Shown piece by piece: positions 1 to 12,192 of a DNA stretch of 64,000 bases. The DNA lies in the NCBI GenBank assembly GCA_965228735.1, contig OZ245838.1, positions 960,001 through 1,024,000 of the forward strand. Reading direction: 5' to 3'. The stretch is from Planctomycetota bacterium. Lineage in GTDB: Bacteria > Planctomycetota > UBA1135 > UBA2386. The notes beneath the pieces are model-generated. The model searched no databases. It was not told the origin of the DNA and worked only from the letters and a program-made list of their open reading frames with translations. Position numbers and translations under genes: made by a program. Numbering within the stretch: position 1 is the first letter of the stretch; each line of letters starts with the position of its first letter.

Positions 1-2106
1 GCGGCGGGTCGGGTCGAGGTCGCGATGCCGGGCGGCGCGGTCGGTCGCGCCGCGACGCGGCCACAGGCGGCCGAGGGCAACGCCGGGCGGGTCATCGATC
101 CCGCGGCCCGTGAGGTCGCGATGACCGCGGCCGAGGTCGCCGAGTCGTTGCCGGCAGGCGCAGAGGCGCGCCGGGCGGCCACGGACGATGCGCTCGCGAC
201 GGAGAGCAACCCGTCGGCGGCCGCGACGACGACCCCGACTGCCGTTGCCGCGCGGGCGGCGACCGCCGCGGACCGGGTGGTCGGGACGTTGCCGGCGTCG
301 CCGACGGCGTCACCGAGCGCGCCTGCCGGTCAGCTCGCCCGGGCGTCGCGCAATGGCGTCGACCTCGCGCCGCAGGCGTCGCGTTCGTCCCTCGAACCGG
401 CTGCGAGCGCGCGCCGCGCGAATCCGGGAGCGGTCGCGATGGCGGACGAGCGGGCCGCGGTGGCGTTGCCGGCCTCGAACGCGGCGGACGCGGCGGAGCC
501 CGCGATCGAACGCGTGGCGCGGGCGCTGACCGGGCCCGTGTCGCGCCCGCGGACACCATCGGCGAACGAGCGCGGCACCGTGCAGCCGCGGCGGTTCGAG
601 GTCGCGGTGCAACGGCCAGCCTCGGCGCTCTCGCGTGCGAACCGGCGCGCGTCCGGGCCGAGCCCGAGCCGCCGACCGTCGATGCGGCCGCAGCTGCGAC
701 CGGGGCGCGTGGCCGCCGCGCTGCCCGACCTGGCCGATGGCCGCCGCGACATCACGAACCCGAGCCGGCCGGACCGGGCGGGGGCCGCTGGCCAGGACGC
801 GCCGCTGGCGCCGCCGAAGATCGCGCGCCTCAGCCTTGCGCCGCGGGCCGCGATGCTCGACGAGCCGCGCCGGTCGCCGTTCCTCGGCGCGTTCGGCAGC
901 GCGATCCCGCCCGTAACCCTGCCGGGTTCGCTCGTCGAACGGGCAGAGCCGGAGTTCCGCGTCGACGTCGCAGTGGCCGCGCCCGTCGCGGAAGCGACGG
1001 CGTACAGCAACCGGTTCGGCCCAGCCAAGGCGGAGGCGCTCGAGCGCTTCGGCGGCACGGCGGAGACCGAACGCGCCGTGGCGGACGGTCTGCGCTACCT
1101 CGCCCGGATCCAGAACCGGAACGGCAGCTGGGGCGACAACCGCGGCTTCGACGACAAGTACGGACTCGTCTACGTCGGCAAGAGCGCCCTCTGTGTGCTG
1201 GCGTTCCTCGGCGCCGGTCATACCCCGGAATCGGACACCGAGCACAGCGCCGTGGTGGCGCGCGCGCTCGCGCACCTCCTCGCGATCCAGGACGAGGACA
1301 CCGGCGCGTTCGGGCCGAGCTCGTGCTACGGCCACGGCATCGCGACCTACGCGCTCGCCGAGTGCTACGGCATGACGAAGGACGAAGCGCTGCTGCGACC
1401 GCTCGAGGAGGCGTTGACCTGGATCATCGTCAACCAGGGGCCGCGCAACGATCGGCGCAATCGCGGCGGTTGGGGCTACTTCTCGCCGGGCCTGCGACGC
1501 GAGGACAGCTACGCCCGCGTGTCCGTCACGTCGTGGATGGTCATGGCGCTCGAGTCGGCGCGGATGTCCGGCGTCGAGCTGCCGGACGACGTGCTGCCGC
1601 AGGCGCGCGAGTACCTGCAGAACTCGTTCGACGCGCGCCGCAACTGGTTCCGCTACAACCACAAGCCGAGCCGCCTGCGCTCGGGCTGGCCGACGCTGCC
1701 GGCGAGCACGCCGGCCGGCGCGTTCTGTCTGCAACTGCTCGGCACCAAGGCCGAGGATCCGATGATCGCGGCCGCCCTCGAGTACACCGTCGACCGCCGG
1801 CCGCGCGAGTATCGCCGGTACCGCGACGACGACTTCGTGCTGCGCGGTCAGGGCAACGTCTACTTCTGGTACTACGGCACGCTGTGCTGCTTCCTCGCGG
1901 GCGGCGAAACCTGGGAGCGCTGGAACGCGCGGCTGTCGACCCTGCTGCCGGCGGCGCAGTCGGAGGACGGCTCGTTCGCGCCGATCGACGTCTACGCGCG
2001 CTACGCCGGGGACAACGACCGGGATCGCAGCTACACGACGGCGATGTGCGTGCTGAGTCTCGAGGTCTACTACCGCTACTTCACGCCGCTCTTGCTCGGC
2101 AGGTGA
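1..2106 (+). CDS. Prenyltransferase/squalene oxidase repeat (alpha/alpha-barrel) protein with long Ala/Pro/Arg-rich N-terminal region; probably 5'-partial
   Basis: The frame is open from position 1. QW-like repeats QNRNGSW, QDEDTGAF, RGGWGY, QSEDGSF; GGTAETERAV and terminal TTAMCVLSLEVYYRY segments typical of planctomycete members. Confidence 0.8.
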   Translation, partial: AAGRVEVAMPGGAVGRAATRPQAAEGNAGRVIDPAAREVAMTAAEVAESLPAGAEARRAATDDALATESNPSAAATTTPTAVAARAATAADRVVGTLPASPTASPSAPAGQLARASRNGVDLAPQASRSSLEPAASARRANPGAVAMADERAAVALPASNAADAAEPAIERVARALTGPVSRPRTPSANERGTVQPRRFEVAVQRPASALSRANRRASGPSPSRRPSMRPQLRPGRVAAALPDLADGRRDITNPSRPDRAGAAGQDAPLAPPKIARLSLAPRAAMLDEPRRSPFLGAFGSAIPPVTLPGSLVERAEPEFRVDVAVAAPVAEATAYSNRFGPAKAEALERFGGTAETERAVADGLRYLARIQNRNGSWGDNRGFDDKYGLVYVGKSALCVLAFLGAGHTPESDTEHSAVVARALAHLLAIQDEDTGAFGPSSCYGHGIATYALAECYGMTKDEALLRPLEEALTWIIVNQGPRNDRRNRGGWGYFSPGLRREDSYARVSVTSWMVMALESARMSGVELPDDVLPQAREYLQNSFDARRNWFRYNHKPSRLRSGWPTLPASTPAGAFCLQLLGTKAEDPMIAAALEYTVDRRPREYRRYRDDDFVLRGQGNVYFWYYGTLCCFLAGGETWERWNARLSTLLPAAQSEDGSFAPIDVYARYAGDNDRDRSYTTAMCVLSLEVYYRYFTPLLLGR

Positions 2107-2131
2107 GGCGGGCGGTAGCGTCAGTCGCCTG

Positions 2132-2776
2132 ATGGCCGACGCCGACACCAAGACCCCGATCAAGCCGCCACCGTCGCTCGGTGCGCGGGTGTTCCGGACC
2201 ACCGTTCTCGCGATGGCGGCGACCATCCTCGTGTTCCTCGGGGTCGGCATGTTGCTCGACGAACGCTGGGACGTCACGAGCGAGCGGGTCGTCCCGGCCA
2301 CGCCCGCCGCGGTGCGACCGTTCATCGTCGACTTCCGGACGTGGGATCGATGGGCTGGCATGACCGTCGAACTCGGCGCCGGCGTCGAGCGTGAGGTCGA
2401 TGGCGAGCCGGGCACGGTCGGGCACAGCGTCGAATGGCGCGGGGCGCAGGGGACCGCGGTGGTGCGGATCGCGAAGTTGGCCGAGGGGCGGCTGGACTAC
2501 GAGTACCTGACGAAGCGGGCCGGCGAGGGCGATCTCAAAGCCGTCGCGACCGGCTGGATCGAGTGGGCGGCCGAGGGCGACGGCACGCGCGTGAAGTGGT
2601 ACGACGGCGGCGCCTGGCCGACGCTCGTGCATCGCTGGATCGGCTGGTTCGGCGTGCTGCAGGAGAGCGTGCGCCGGATGCAGGACGTGAGCCTCGAAGG
2701 GCTCGCTCGCGAGGCGGCCCTAGAAGAAGACCCGGCCGAGAATCCCGGGAAGGCCGCGGACCCGGGCAAAGACTAG
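2132..2776 (+). CDS. SRPBCC (START/polyketide cyclase-like) family protein with N-terminal membrane anchor
   Basis: TM segment followed by VTSERVVPATPAAVRPFIVDFRTWDRW and GTRVKW, a typical SRPBCC pattern. Confidence 0.75.
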   Translation: MADADTKTPIKPPPSLGARVFRTTVLAMAATILVFLGVGMLLDERWDVTSERVVPATPAAVRPFIVDFRTWDRWAGMTVELGAGVEREVDGEPGTVGHSVEWRGAQGTAVVRIAKLAEGRLDYEYLTKRAGEGDLKAVATGWIEWAAEGDGTRVKWYDGGAWPTLVHRWIGWFGVLQESVRRMQDVSLEGLAREAALEEDPAENPGKAADPGKD

Positions 2777-2793
2777 CCCGGACGAACGAACGG

Positions 2794-3342
2794 TCAGCGC
2801 ACCGTCGCGGTGACCGTCACGGGGTTCGGATCCGTGTCGGCGGCGGCGCCGTCGCTGAGCGCGAGAACGGCGTCACGCAGCAGGATCACGTGATCGCCGA
2901 TCTGCCGCGGCGTCGTCGCGACGAGCCGCAGGCGGAAGAGCTCGCCGTTCTGCAGCGGCGTGCCCTGCGGGTTGCGATCGTCACCGCACACGACGCGATA
3001 GACGTTGCCCTTGCGGTTGCCGTCGAGGCGCTCGACGGGCTGGACTGCGACGAGCGGGTCGGTCGCCGCGACGGTCAACGCCGGCGGCAGCTCGATCGTG
3101 ATCTGCACGAGCACGGGGGCGGTGGCCGGCAGATCGGCCAGACTCACGCTGAGTTCGCCCGTGGTCGCGGTCGGCGCGAGCACGGGCCCGGTGGCCGCGA
3201 GTCGGGCAGGGCTGCCGGCCGCGGGACCGCTGCCACCGCCACCGCCGCCGCATGACGACGTCAGCAACAGCAGGCCGGCCGCCAGCGCAGTAGCCCCGGT
3301 CGCCAGCGCGGCAGTTCGGTTCGGGCGGCGGGAGCTGCGCAT
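2794..3342 (-). CDS. Predicted lipoprotein with beta-sandwich (cohesin-like) domain
   Basis: Lipobox LTSSC followed by a GGGGGG linker, then alternating beta-strand pattern (GELFRLRL). TAGAGT -10-like box 6 nt upstream of the ATG. Confidence 0.65.
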   Translation of the reverse strand: MRSSRRPNRTAALATGATALAAGLLLLTSSCGGGGGGSGPAAGSPARLAATGPVLAPTATTGELSVSLADLPATAPVLVQITIELPPALTVAATDPLVAVQPVERLDGNRKGNVYRVVCGDDRNPQGTPLQNGELFRLRLVATTPRQIGDHVILLRDAVLALSDGAAADTDPNPVTVTATVR

Positions 3343-3415
3343 GACGTCACTCTAACCCGCGGATTCCAGGGGGGAAGGGCTCGCGCATTGCGCCGCGACC
3401 GCCGAGGATGCGAGC

Positions 3416-5602
<2,187 letters not shown>

Positions 5603-5976
5603 ACACGTCCTCGTCCTCGTCCGTGCGCAGGTAGTTGGCGAAGCGTTCGAGGAACCAGTCGAGTTCGTCGGCCACGCCGGTCTGCAGATCGGCGCGATGC
5701 CGGGCCTGCCCGACCGCCTGCGCGAGGCCGGCGAACGCGGGCGTCGCGAGCAGGAACGCCGGGAAGTCCGGGTCGGGCTTCCGGCCCTCGGCGAGGATCC
5801 CGAGTCGGATCAGCCAGGAGTCCTGCTCGGCCGCGAGGCGGTCGGCGAAGGCGCGTCGTTCGTCAAGGGACAGAGCGCGTGGATCGGCGAGAAAGTCGTA
5901 GGTGTCCAAAGTGTTCGGTTTTGCTTCGGTCCGTTGCTGATCGGTCGTTGGCACGGGATCCTTGAGAGGTCTTTTC

Positions 5977-6798
5977 ATGGTTGAGATCCGGCGGATCGAG
6001 CGCGCGACGGAAGCGGCCCTGCGACTGGCGGAACAGGGCGGGGTGCACGGCATGTACGTGCGCAATGCCCTGCTCCGCGGCGAGGTCAACGGCTTCGTGT
6101 TCGGTGCTGACGGGGCGGACGCCGGCGTCTGCTGGTTCGGGCCGCGCGGCAACCTCGTGGTCGTGGCGCCGGACTGGCGCGGGGACGCCGCGACCACCGA
6201 CGAGGCCGGGCAGGCCGTCGCCGAGCGGATCCAGCGCAGCCGGCTGTCATGGCGGATCGCGATGGGGCCGCGCGGGATCATCGACGGGCTGCGGACCCGC
6301 TGCACCGGGCGGCCACTCGTGCACCGCAACCAGGTCTACTACTTCGGGGATGCCGAGTCGGTGAACCGCGAGCTCGTGCGTGATGACATGCGCGCCGCGA
6401 CGGCCGAGGACCGCGATCGCATCGTCCAGGCGACGCTGCAGCTCAACCACGTCGACCTCGCGATCGAGCCCGGCCGCGTCGATCGCCGGTGGCTCTACAG
6501 CACGGTCGACGAGCGGATCGCGGAGGGCACGACTCGCGTCCTCGGACCGGCGGGCGACGTGCACTGCAAACTCGACTTCGGGAGCATCGGGTCGGCCGGT
6601 GTCGTGATCGAGGGCGTGTTCACGTTCGCCGAGCATCGCCGGGCCGGCCTCGCCTCGGCGCTCGTGGCGTCGTGCATCGCGCAGTTGCAGCTGCCCGTCG
6701 GCCTGCACGTCGGCGAGCAGAACACCAGCGCGCGAAGGGCCTACGAACGCGCCGGCATGCGGGAAGTCGACCGCTGCCGTCTGCTGCTGCTCGGATGA
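5977..6798 (+). CDS. GNAT family N-acetyltransferase (DUF4081-like N-terminus)
   Basis: Acetyl-CoA motif GVFTFAEHRRAGLASALV and NTSARRAYERAGM; N-terminal GVCWFGPRGNLV; GAGG upstream of the ATG. Confidence 0.82.
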   Translation: MVEIRRIERATEAALRLAEQGGVHGMYVRNALLRGEVNGFVFGADGADAGVCWFGPRGNLVVVAPDWRGDAATTDEAGQAVAERIQRSRLSWRIAMGPRGIIDGLRTRCTGRPLVHRNQVYYFGDAESVNRELVRDDMRAATAEDRDRIVQATLQLNHVDLAIEPGRVDRRWLYSTVDERIAEGTTRVLGPAGDVHCKLDFGSIGSAGVVIEGVFTFAEHRRAGLASALVASCIAQLQLPVGLHVGEQNTSARRAYERAGMREVDRCRLLLLG

Positions 6799-6813
6799 CG
6801 GGCGGCAGCTCGC

Positions 6814-8610
6814 CTACTGCAGCCGATACGCGTACGCGAGTTCGGGGCCGAGCAATGGGTGCGAGGGCCGGCGGCGCAGCGCGATCGTCGTGAGTTCGCG
6901 CCGCAGTGCGGTGCGCAGCGCGCGTCCGTCATCGCCGCGCCCCATCTGAATCAAGCTCTTCGCGAGCAGGGCCTTCGTCAGCGCGCTGTCCGAGGCGCGC
7001 GCGGCGCGGGCGAGGGCCGCGTGCATGTCGGCGAGCTCACCGCGGACCTCGTGGCCGAACGCCCGCAGGCGCAGGGCGAACGCGCTGTCGCCGCCCTGGC
7101 TCAGGCGCTCCTCGATCTTACGTGCACGCTGGCGAGTGGTCGTCACCGTGACGAGACCGCTGAGGTAGGCGCAGCTGTCGGCGACGGCGCTCCCGGGCAG
7201 CTGACTCTGGATCGCCGCGACGATCGCGGGCAGCCGCTCACCATGGCCGAGTCGCACGAGCACTTCGCCCTGCTCGGCGAGTTCGCCAGGCCGTCGGTCG
7301 AGCAGGGTCGGGTTCGCGAGCAGCCAGTTCAGCGAGTCGGCGATGGCCGTCGCGGCCGCGACCTCGTCGCCGCGCAGCAACGCGTGGGCGGCCTGGATGC
7401 GGCGCAGCTCGTGCACGGGCTCGGGGCCGAGACTCGCCGCGTCGCGCAGGTAACGGTCGAGCAGGCGGGTCAGTCCGTCGTGATCGCCGCAGTCGAACAG
7501 CGCGAGCGCGCGCGGGATCGCGACCCAACCCATGGGCAGCCGCAGTCCCGCGTCCTCGAAGCGTGCCGCCGCGGTCTCGGGATCGCCGGTCGCGAGATGG
7601 GCCCAGCCCGCGTGATACGAGACGACGGCATAGCGTGGCAGGCGCAGCCGCAGTTCTTCGAGCAGCGGCAGCGCCGTCGCGAACTCGCCGAGGAAGTTGC
7701 GCGCGATGGCGACCGTGAACCGGCCTTGCGGATCGTGCGGCCGCTCGCGTTGCATCGCCTGGCCGAGGGCGAGGAGTTCGCGGTCGCGTTCGGGTGCATT
7801 GGTGGGGACGAGCGACGCGCGCGCGAGCAGGAGCGTGCGCGCGAGCTCGTGCCGCGTGTGCGGGCCGAGCCGTCCGCTGTAGCCGAGGGCTTCGCGGCAC
7901 AAGCGTTCCGCCGACCGGGGATCGCCGCGGACCAGCTCGATGGTCGCGAGTCCCGCGAGGACCCAAGGGCTGCCACCGTCCGCGCGCCGCGCGGCGAGGA
8001 ACGCCCGCCGCCCGCTGCTGACGCCGCCATCGCGCAGCAGGGCTTCGCCATCGACGGCGGCCAGGATCGCGCTGCCGCTCGTCGTGACGCAGCGGGCGAC
8101 GGGCACGGGAGGCGTCGCGTCGGCCTCGCCGATCGCGATGCGCGCCGCCCACGCGAGTCGGTCGATCGCGCCCGCGAGATCACCGTTTTGGTAGGCCTCG
8201 CCGGCGAGCGCACGTTCGCGGCCGTTCATCCGGCAGAACGCGGCGAGTCGGCGCCCTTCGACGTCGACGCCGAGGACCAGCGTCGCGGTCGCCTCCGGGC
8301 CGGCCTCGTCCCCGACGTCGAAGCGCACCGACTGACGCAGGGCCTCGCGCCACCAGACGGCCGCGACGCGGAACTCCGGCTTGTCCGGCAACGCCGAACT
8401 CATGGCGGTTCGAATGCGCGCGCCCGCGGGCAGCTGCAGGACGGCCGGCACGGCGGGGCGCGCCGTGGTGACGCGCGCCAGGGGTTCGGAGCCAGGTTCG
8501 GGGGCCGCGGCGCACGCGCTGACCGACAGCAGCGCCAGCAGCGACACCCCGACGCGGGTCCCGATGCGGCGCGTCGCGGCGAACGGGGCGGAGCGGGCAG
8601 GTCGTCGCAC
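6814..8610 (-). CDS. TPR-repeat predicted lipoprotein
   Basis: Lipobox LSVSAC after a hydrophobic stretch; TPR-like helices (YHAGWAHLATGDPETAAARFEDA). GTG 8610 chosen as start, with CATGCT 6 nt upstream. Confidence 0.65.
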   Translation of the reverse strand: MRRPARSAPFAATRRIGTRVGVSLLALLSVSACAAAPEPGSEPLARVTTARPAVPAVLQLPAGARIRTAMSSALPDKPEFRVAAVWWREALRQSVRFDVGDEAGPEATATLVLGVDVEGRRLAAFCRMNGRERALAGEAYQNGDLAGAIDRLAWAARIAIGEADATPPVPVARCVTTSGSAILAAVDGEALLRDGGVSSGRRAFLAARRADGGSPWVLAGLATIELVRGDPRSAERLCREALGYSGRLGPHTRHELARTLLLARASLVPTNAPERDRELLALGQAMQRERPHDPQGRFTVAIARNFLGEFATALPLLEELRLRLPRYAVVSYHAGWAHLATGDPETAAARFEDAGLRLPMGWVAIPRALALFDCGDHDGLTRLLDRYLRDAASLGPEPVHELRRIQAAHALLRGDEVAAATAIADSLNWLLANPTLLDRRPGELAEQGEVLVRLGHGERLPAIVAAIQSQLPGSAVADSCAYLSGLVTVTTTRQRARKIEERLSQGGDSAFALRLRAFGHEVRGELADMHAALARAARASDSALTKALLAKSLIQMGRGDDGRALRTALRRELTTIALRRRPSHPLLGPELAYAYRLQ

Positions 8611-8680
8611 GTGGGCAGCATGCAGCGCGACCGAGGCCGGCTCAACCGGGCGGGCCAGGAATGCCGATGGCAAGGGCATC

Positions 8681-9838
8681 ATGTGGACTCTGGTGATCGC
8701 GGCGAGCATCGGTGTGGCAGGGGTGCAGGATCCGAGTGGGCGGCCGGCGGGCGCGGCGACGCCACCACCTGCCGTCCAGCAGCCCGCGGGCCAGGCCGGC
8801 GGGCAGGGGGCGGGCACGCCGTCCGGTTCGAAGCCAGCCGAGGGGCCGGGTTCGGGAGTCAAGTTCGAGTCGTCGGGTTGGCCGGTCGTTCCGGACGAAC
8901 CGGCCGCGCGCTCGATCGTGCCGATGCCGTCCGGGAGTTCGCTGCGGGACCACGCCGCGGCCCGGCGCGGTCGGCAGCCCCGGGCCGAGGCGCAGCGCGG
9001 AACGAAGGCCGGAGTTGCAGAACCGGTCGGGCAAAGCGGCGGCGGACAGTCCACGAGCGTGTCCGGCGCGTTCGGCCGCAGCGGCAGCGGCAGCGCGCGT
9101 TCGGCGGAACCGGCCGTGCGCACCCTGCCCTCCGGCATGGCGCTCGGCTCGCCGCTGCTCGACATCTATCAGTTCACGCGCTCGCCGGCCGCCTTCAAGG
9201 CGCTCGGCGGCCGCCAGGTCTGGTGGCGCATCAAGGTCCTCGGTGCCGGCGGCGAGGTTCTCGGCATCCGCGAGATGACCCAGATCGCCGACTGCGGTTA
9301 TCCCGAACGCGACCAGGTGCGCTACGAACACGACGGTCGGGTGTTCGGGCGCAGCGGCGCGAACGTGTTCGCGGAACGGCAGGGCTTCCCGTGGCCCAGC
9401 GACGCCGATCGCGGGCGCGATGAACTCGCGTTGTTCGGCACGCACCTGCGGCTGCCGTGGTGCTTCGCGGACGGCATCTCGTACGTGGTCGTGGACTCGG
9501 GCACGGTCGATCGCCCCGGCGAGCGACTGCGCCGGGTCGTGCTCGAGCGCCAGCCGCTCGGCGAGAGCGCCCTCGTGGGGCCCGTCGAGCACACCGGGCC
9601 GCGCGACCAGTTCGAGATCATCTACGAGTCGGGCACCGGCAAGCCGCGCGAGTTCGCCCACCGGTTCGCGTCGAGCAACCTGGCCCGGCGCGTCCTCCTC
9701 GAGGACTGGCGTGAGGTGCAGGGCGTGCGGATCCCGCACCGTCGCATCTACGTCGACGAGTCGCAGCGCCAGACGACGGTGCTCGAGATCCTCAACATCG
9801 TGGCCGAGCCGGTCACGCTGACGCAGTTCCGTCGGTAG
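8681..9838 (+). CDS. Secreted hypothetical protein; low-complexity N-terminus and possible LolA-like/DUF6503-like beta domain
   Basis: Signal-like MWTLVIAASIGVAGVQ, then a G/P/S linker, then LRLPWCFADG and EDWREVQGVRIPHRR. Confidence 0.6.
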   Translation: MWTLVIAASIGVAGVQDPSGRPAGAATPPPAVQQPAGQAGGQGAGTPSGSKPAEGPGSGVKFESSGWPVVPDEPAARSIVPMPSGSSLRDHAAARRGRQPRAEAQRGTKAGVAEPVGQSGGGQSTSVSGAFGRSGSGSARSAEPAVRTLPSGMALGSPLLDIYQFTRSPAAFKALGGRQVWWRIKVLGAGGEVLGIREMTQIADCGYPERDQVRYEHDGRVFGRSGANVFAERQGFPWPSDADRGRDELALFGTHLRLPWCFADGISYVVVDSGTVDRPGERLRRVVLERQPLGESALVGPVEHTGPRDQFEIIYESGTGKPREFAHRFASSNLARRVLLEDWREVQGVRIPHRRIYVDESQRQTTVLEILNIVAEPVTLTQFRR

Positions 9839-9843
9839 CGCGG

Positions 9844-10722
9844 CTACTCGAACTTCGCGCCGGCAGCGATCCAGCGTTCGAGCAGCTGCAGCTCGCGCTC
9901 GGTCGGCTGCGGCTTGCCCTCCGGGGGCATGTGCTCGTCGTCGTCGAGCGGATAGCGACAGCGATAGAGCAGCGCGCTCTCCTTCGGATCCCCGGCGACG
10001 ATGACGGGACCGTAGTCGCCGCCCTTCTGGATGCCCTCGACCGTCGTCAGCAGCAGCTCGCCCTTCGTCTTGTCGGGGTTGTGGCACTTCGTGCAGACGC
10101 GCTCGAGGAACGGCTGGATGTGATCCCGGAACGTCACCACCGCGGGCAGCGCGGTCGGTGTATCGCCGGCGGCTTCGTCGCCGTTCGCGGGGCCTGCAGT
10201 GCTGCCGGTGTCGTTGCTGGCGATGTCACTGCTGCCGTTGTTCTGGTCACCGGCGTTCGCCGCCCGGCCCTCCTTTTGCACCTCGAAAGGCTCCGTGAGG
10301 AAGTCCGGGCCGTGGGTGATCGAGCCGCCGAGGTGGCCGGCGGGCAGCATGGCGACGAGGCCGAGCAGCAGCAGGATCCGGAACGGCGCGCGCTTCCGCA
10401 GGCCCGAGACGATCGCGAGCAGCACGCAGACGCTGCCGAGCACGATGCCGGCGATCTTGTGGTTGCCCACGAGCTCGCTCTCGCTGCCGTTCTCGCCGGC
10501 GAGCACGAGGCCGGACGCGGTCGCGAGCGCGGCGCTGATCGCCGTCAGCCAGGCGAGCGCGCAGATCGGTCCGCGTGGGCTCTCGCGCCGGATCAACAAG
10601 GCGCCGAACTCGAGCAGGAACATCGCCGGAACGAGGCCGAGCGGCATGTGCAGGACGACCGGGTGGCTGCGCCCGAGCAGGGTGAACCACGGCGAAGGGT
10701 CTTCGGTCAGCAGGGAGAGCAT
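9844..10722 (-). CDS. DUF2231-like membrane protein fused to planctomycete cytochrome c domain
   Basis: GRSHPVVLHMPLG, four TM helices, GHLGGSITHG; C-terminal FRDHIQPFLERVCTKCH ... MPPEGK ... WIAAGA. Confidence 0.85.
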   Translation of the reverse strand: MLSLLTEDPSPWFTLLGRSHPVVLHMPLGLVPAMFLLEFGALLIRRESPRGPICALAWLTAISAALATASGLVLAGENGSESELVGNHKIAGIVLGSVCVLLAIVSGLRKRAPFRILLLLGLVAMLPAGHLGGSITHGPDFLTEPFEVQKEGRAANAGDQNNGSSDIASNDTGSTAGPANGDEAAGDTPTALPAVVTFRDHIQPFLERVCTKCHNPDKTKGELLLTTVEGIQKGGDYGPVIVAGDPKESALLYRCRYPLDDDEHMPPEGKPQPTERELQLLERWIAAGAKFE

Positions 10723-10736
10723 TGGCGACGCGGGTT

Positions 10737-12179
10737 TCAGGCGAGCAGGTCGGTGATCACGTTGCCGAATACGTCGGTGAGCCGGAAGTCGCGACCCTGA
10801 TGACGGTAGATCAGCCGTTCGTGATCGAATCCGAGCAGGTGCAGCATCGTGGCGTGGAGATCGTGCACCGAAACCGGATCCTCCACGATGTTGTAGCTGT
10901 AGTCGTCGGTGCGGCCGTAGCTGAATCCCGGTTTGACGCCGCCGCCGGCCATCCACACCGTGAAGCACCGCGGGTGATGATCCCGCCCGTAGTTCGTCTT
11001 GCTGAGGCCGCCCTGGCTGTAGACCGTGCGCCCGAACTCGCCGCCCCAGGTCACGAGCGTCTCGTCGAGCATCCCGCGCCGCCGCAGGTCCGTGATGAGG
11101 GCCGCGATCGGCCGGTCGACGGCCTGGCACTGCTTGGTCATCTCGCTCGGCAGATTGCCGTGCTGGTCCCAGCCGCGCATGTAGAGCTGCACGAAGCGGA
11201 CACCGCGTTCGGCGAGCCGGCGGGCGAGCAGGCACGAACTCGCGAACGTGCCGGGCTTCTTCGCGTCCTCGCCATAGAGCGCGAACGTCGACTCGGGTTC
11301 GTCGCTGAGATCGGTGAGCTCGGGCACGGACATCTGCATGCGGTAGGCCATCTCCTGCTGCGCGAGTCGGGTCTGGATCTCGCGGTCCAGCGTCGCGCGC
11401 GCCTCGCGTTCGGCGAAGTCGCTGACGAGATCGAGCATCGCGCGGCGGTCCGCGCGCGAGATGCCCGCGGGATCGCGCAGGAACAGCACGGGGTCACCCG
11501 TCGACCGCAGCTTGCACCCCTGGTGCTCGCCCGGCAGGAAGCCGTTGCCCCAGAACCGGGCCGCGAGCGCCTGCATGTTGCCGAAGCCCTGGGTGATCAT
11601 CACGACGAACGTCGGCAGATCGCGGTTGTCCGTGCCGAGCCCGTAGCTCGTCCAAGCGCCGAGGCTCGGGCGACCGGGCTGCTGCGTGCCCGTCTGCGCG
11701 AACGTGATCGCGGGTTCGTGGTTGATCGCCTCGGTATGGACGCTGCGCACGAAGCACAGCTCGTGCGCGACGCTGCCGAGGTGCGGCATGAGCTCGCTGA
11801 TCCATGCGCCGTCGTTGCCGTTGTCCCAGCGCTTGAACTTGAACTTGCTCGGCGCGACGGGGAATCGCTTCTGGCCGGACGTCATGCCCGTCAGGCGCTG
11901 ACCGTTGCGGATCGAGTCCGGCAGGTCCTCGTCGTAGCGATCGACGAGCTGCGGCTTGTAGTCGAAGAGGTCGAGCTGACTCGGGCCGCCCTCCATGTGG
12001 AGGGAGATCACGCGCTTGGCGCGGCCCGTGAAGTGCGGTTGCTGCCGCCCCTCGCCCCGATCGTGAACCACGTCGCCGCTGCTGGCGAGGGCCATCGTAC
12101 CGAGCGCGCCGGTGACGGAGGTCGCGGACCGGCCGAAGAACCGCCGGCGGGTGAGGAGCTTGTTGAGTTCGTCGTACAC
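10737..12179 (-). CDS. DUF1501 domain-containing (sulfatase-like) protein with Tat signal
   Basis: TRRRFF twin-arginine motif; AKRVISLHMEGGPSQLDLFDYKP, AINHEPA, RPSLGAW, LLARRLAERGVRFVQL, GEFGRT, GRDHHP, LIYRHQGRDFRLTDV. Confidence 0.92.
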   Translation of the reverse strand: MYDELNKLLTRRRFFGRSATSVTGALGTMALASSGDVVHDRGEGRQQPHFTGRAKRVISLHMEGGPSQLDLFDYKPQLVDRYDEDLPDSIRNGQRLTGMTSGQKRFPVAPSKFKFKRWDNGNDGAWISELMPHLGSVAHELCFVRSVHTEAINHEPAITFAQTGTQQPGRPSLGAWTSYGLGTDNRDLPTFVVMITQGFGNMQALAARFWGNGFLPGEHQGCKLRSTGDPVLFLRDPAGISRADRRAMLDLVSDFAEREARATLDREIQTRLAQQEMAYRMQMSVPELTDLSDEPESTFALYGEDAKKPGTFASSCLLARRLAERGVRFVQLYMRGWDQHGNLPSEMTKQCQAVDRPIAALITDLRRRGMLDETLVTWGGEFGRTVYSQGGLSKTNYGRDHHPRCFTVWMAGGGVKPGFSYGRTDDYSYNIVEDPVSVHDLHATMLHLLGFDHERLIYRHQGRDFRLTDVFGNVITDLLA

Positions 12180-12192
12180 GTTCGGCTCCGGT

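Noticed and set aside
2111..2121. GGCGGTAGCGT, a close match to the RfaH ops element
   Set aside because: It precedes a single SRPBCC gene rather than a long operon, no exact copy lies upstream of the EPS operon, and a chance match is plausible in GC-rich DNA.
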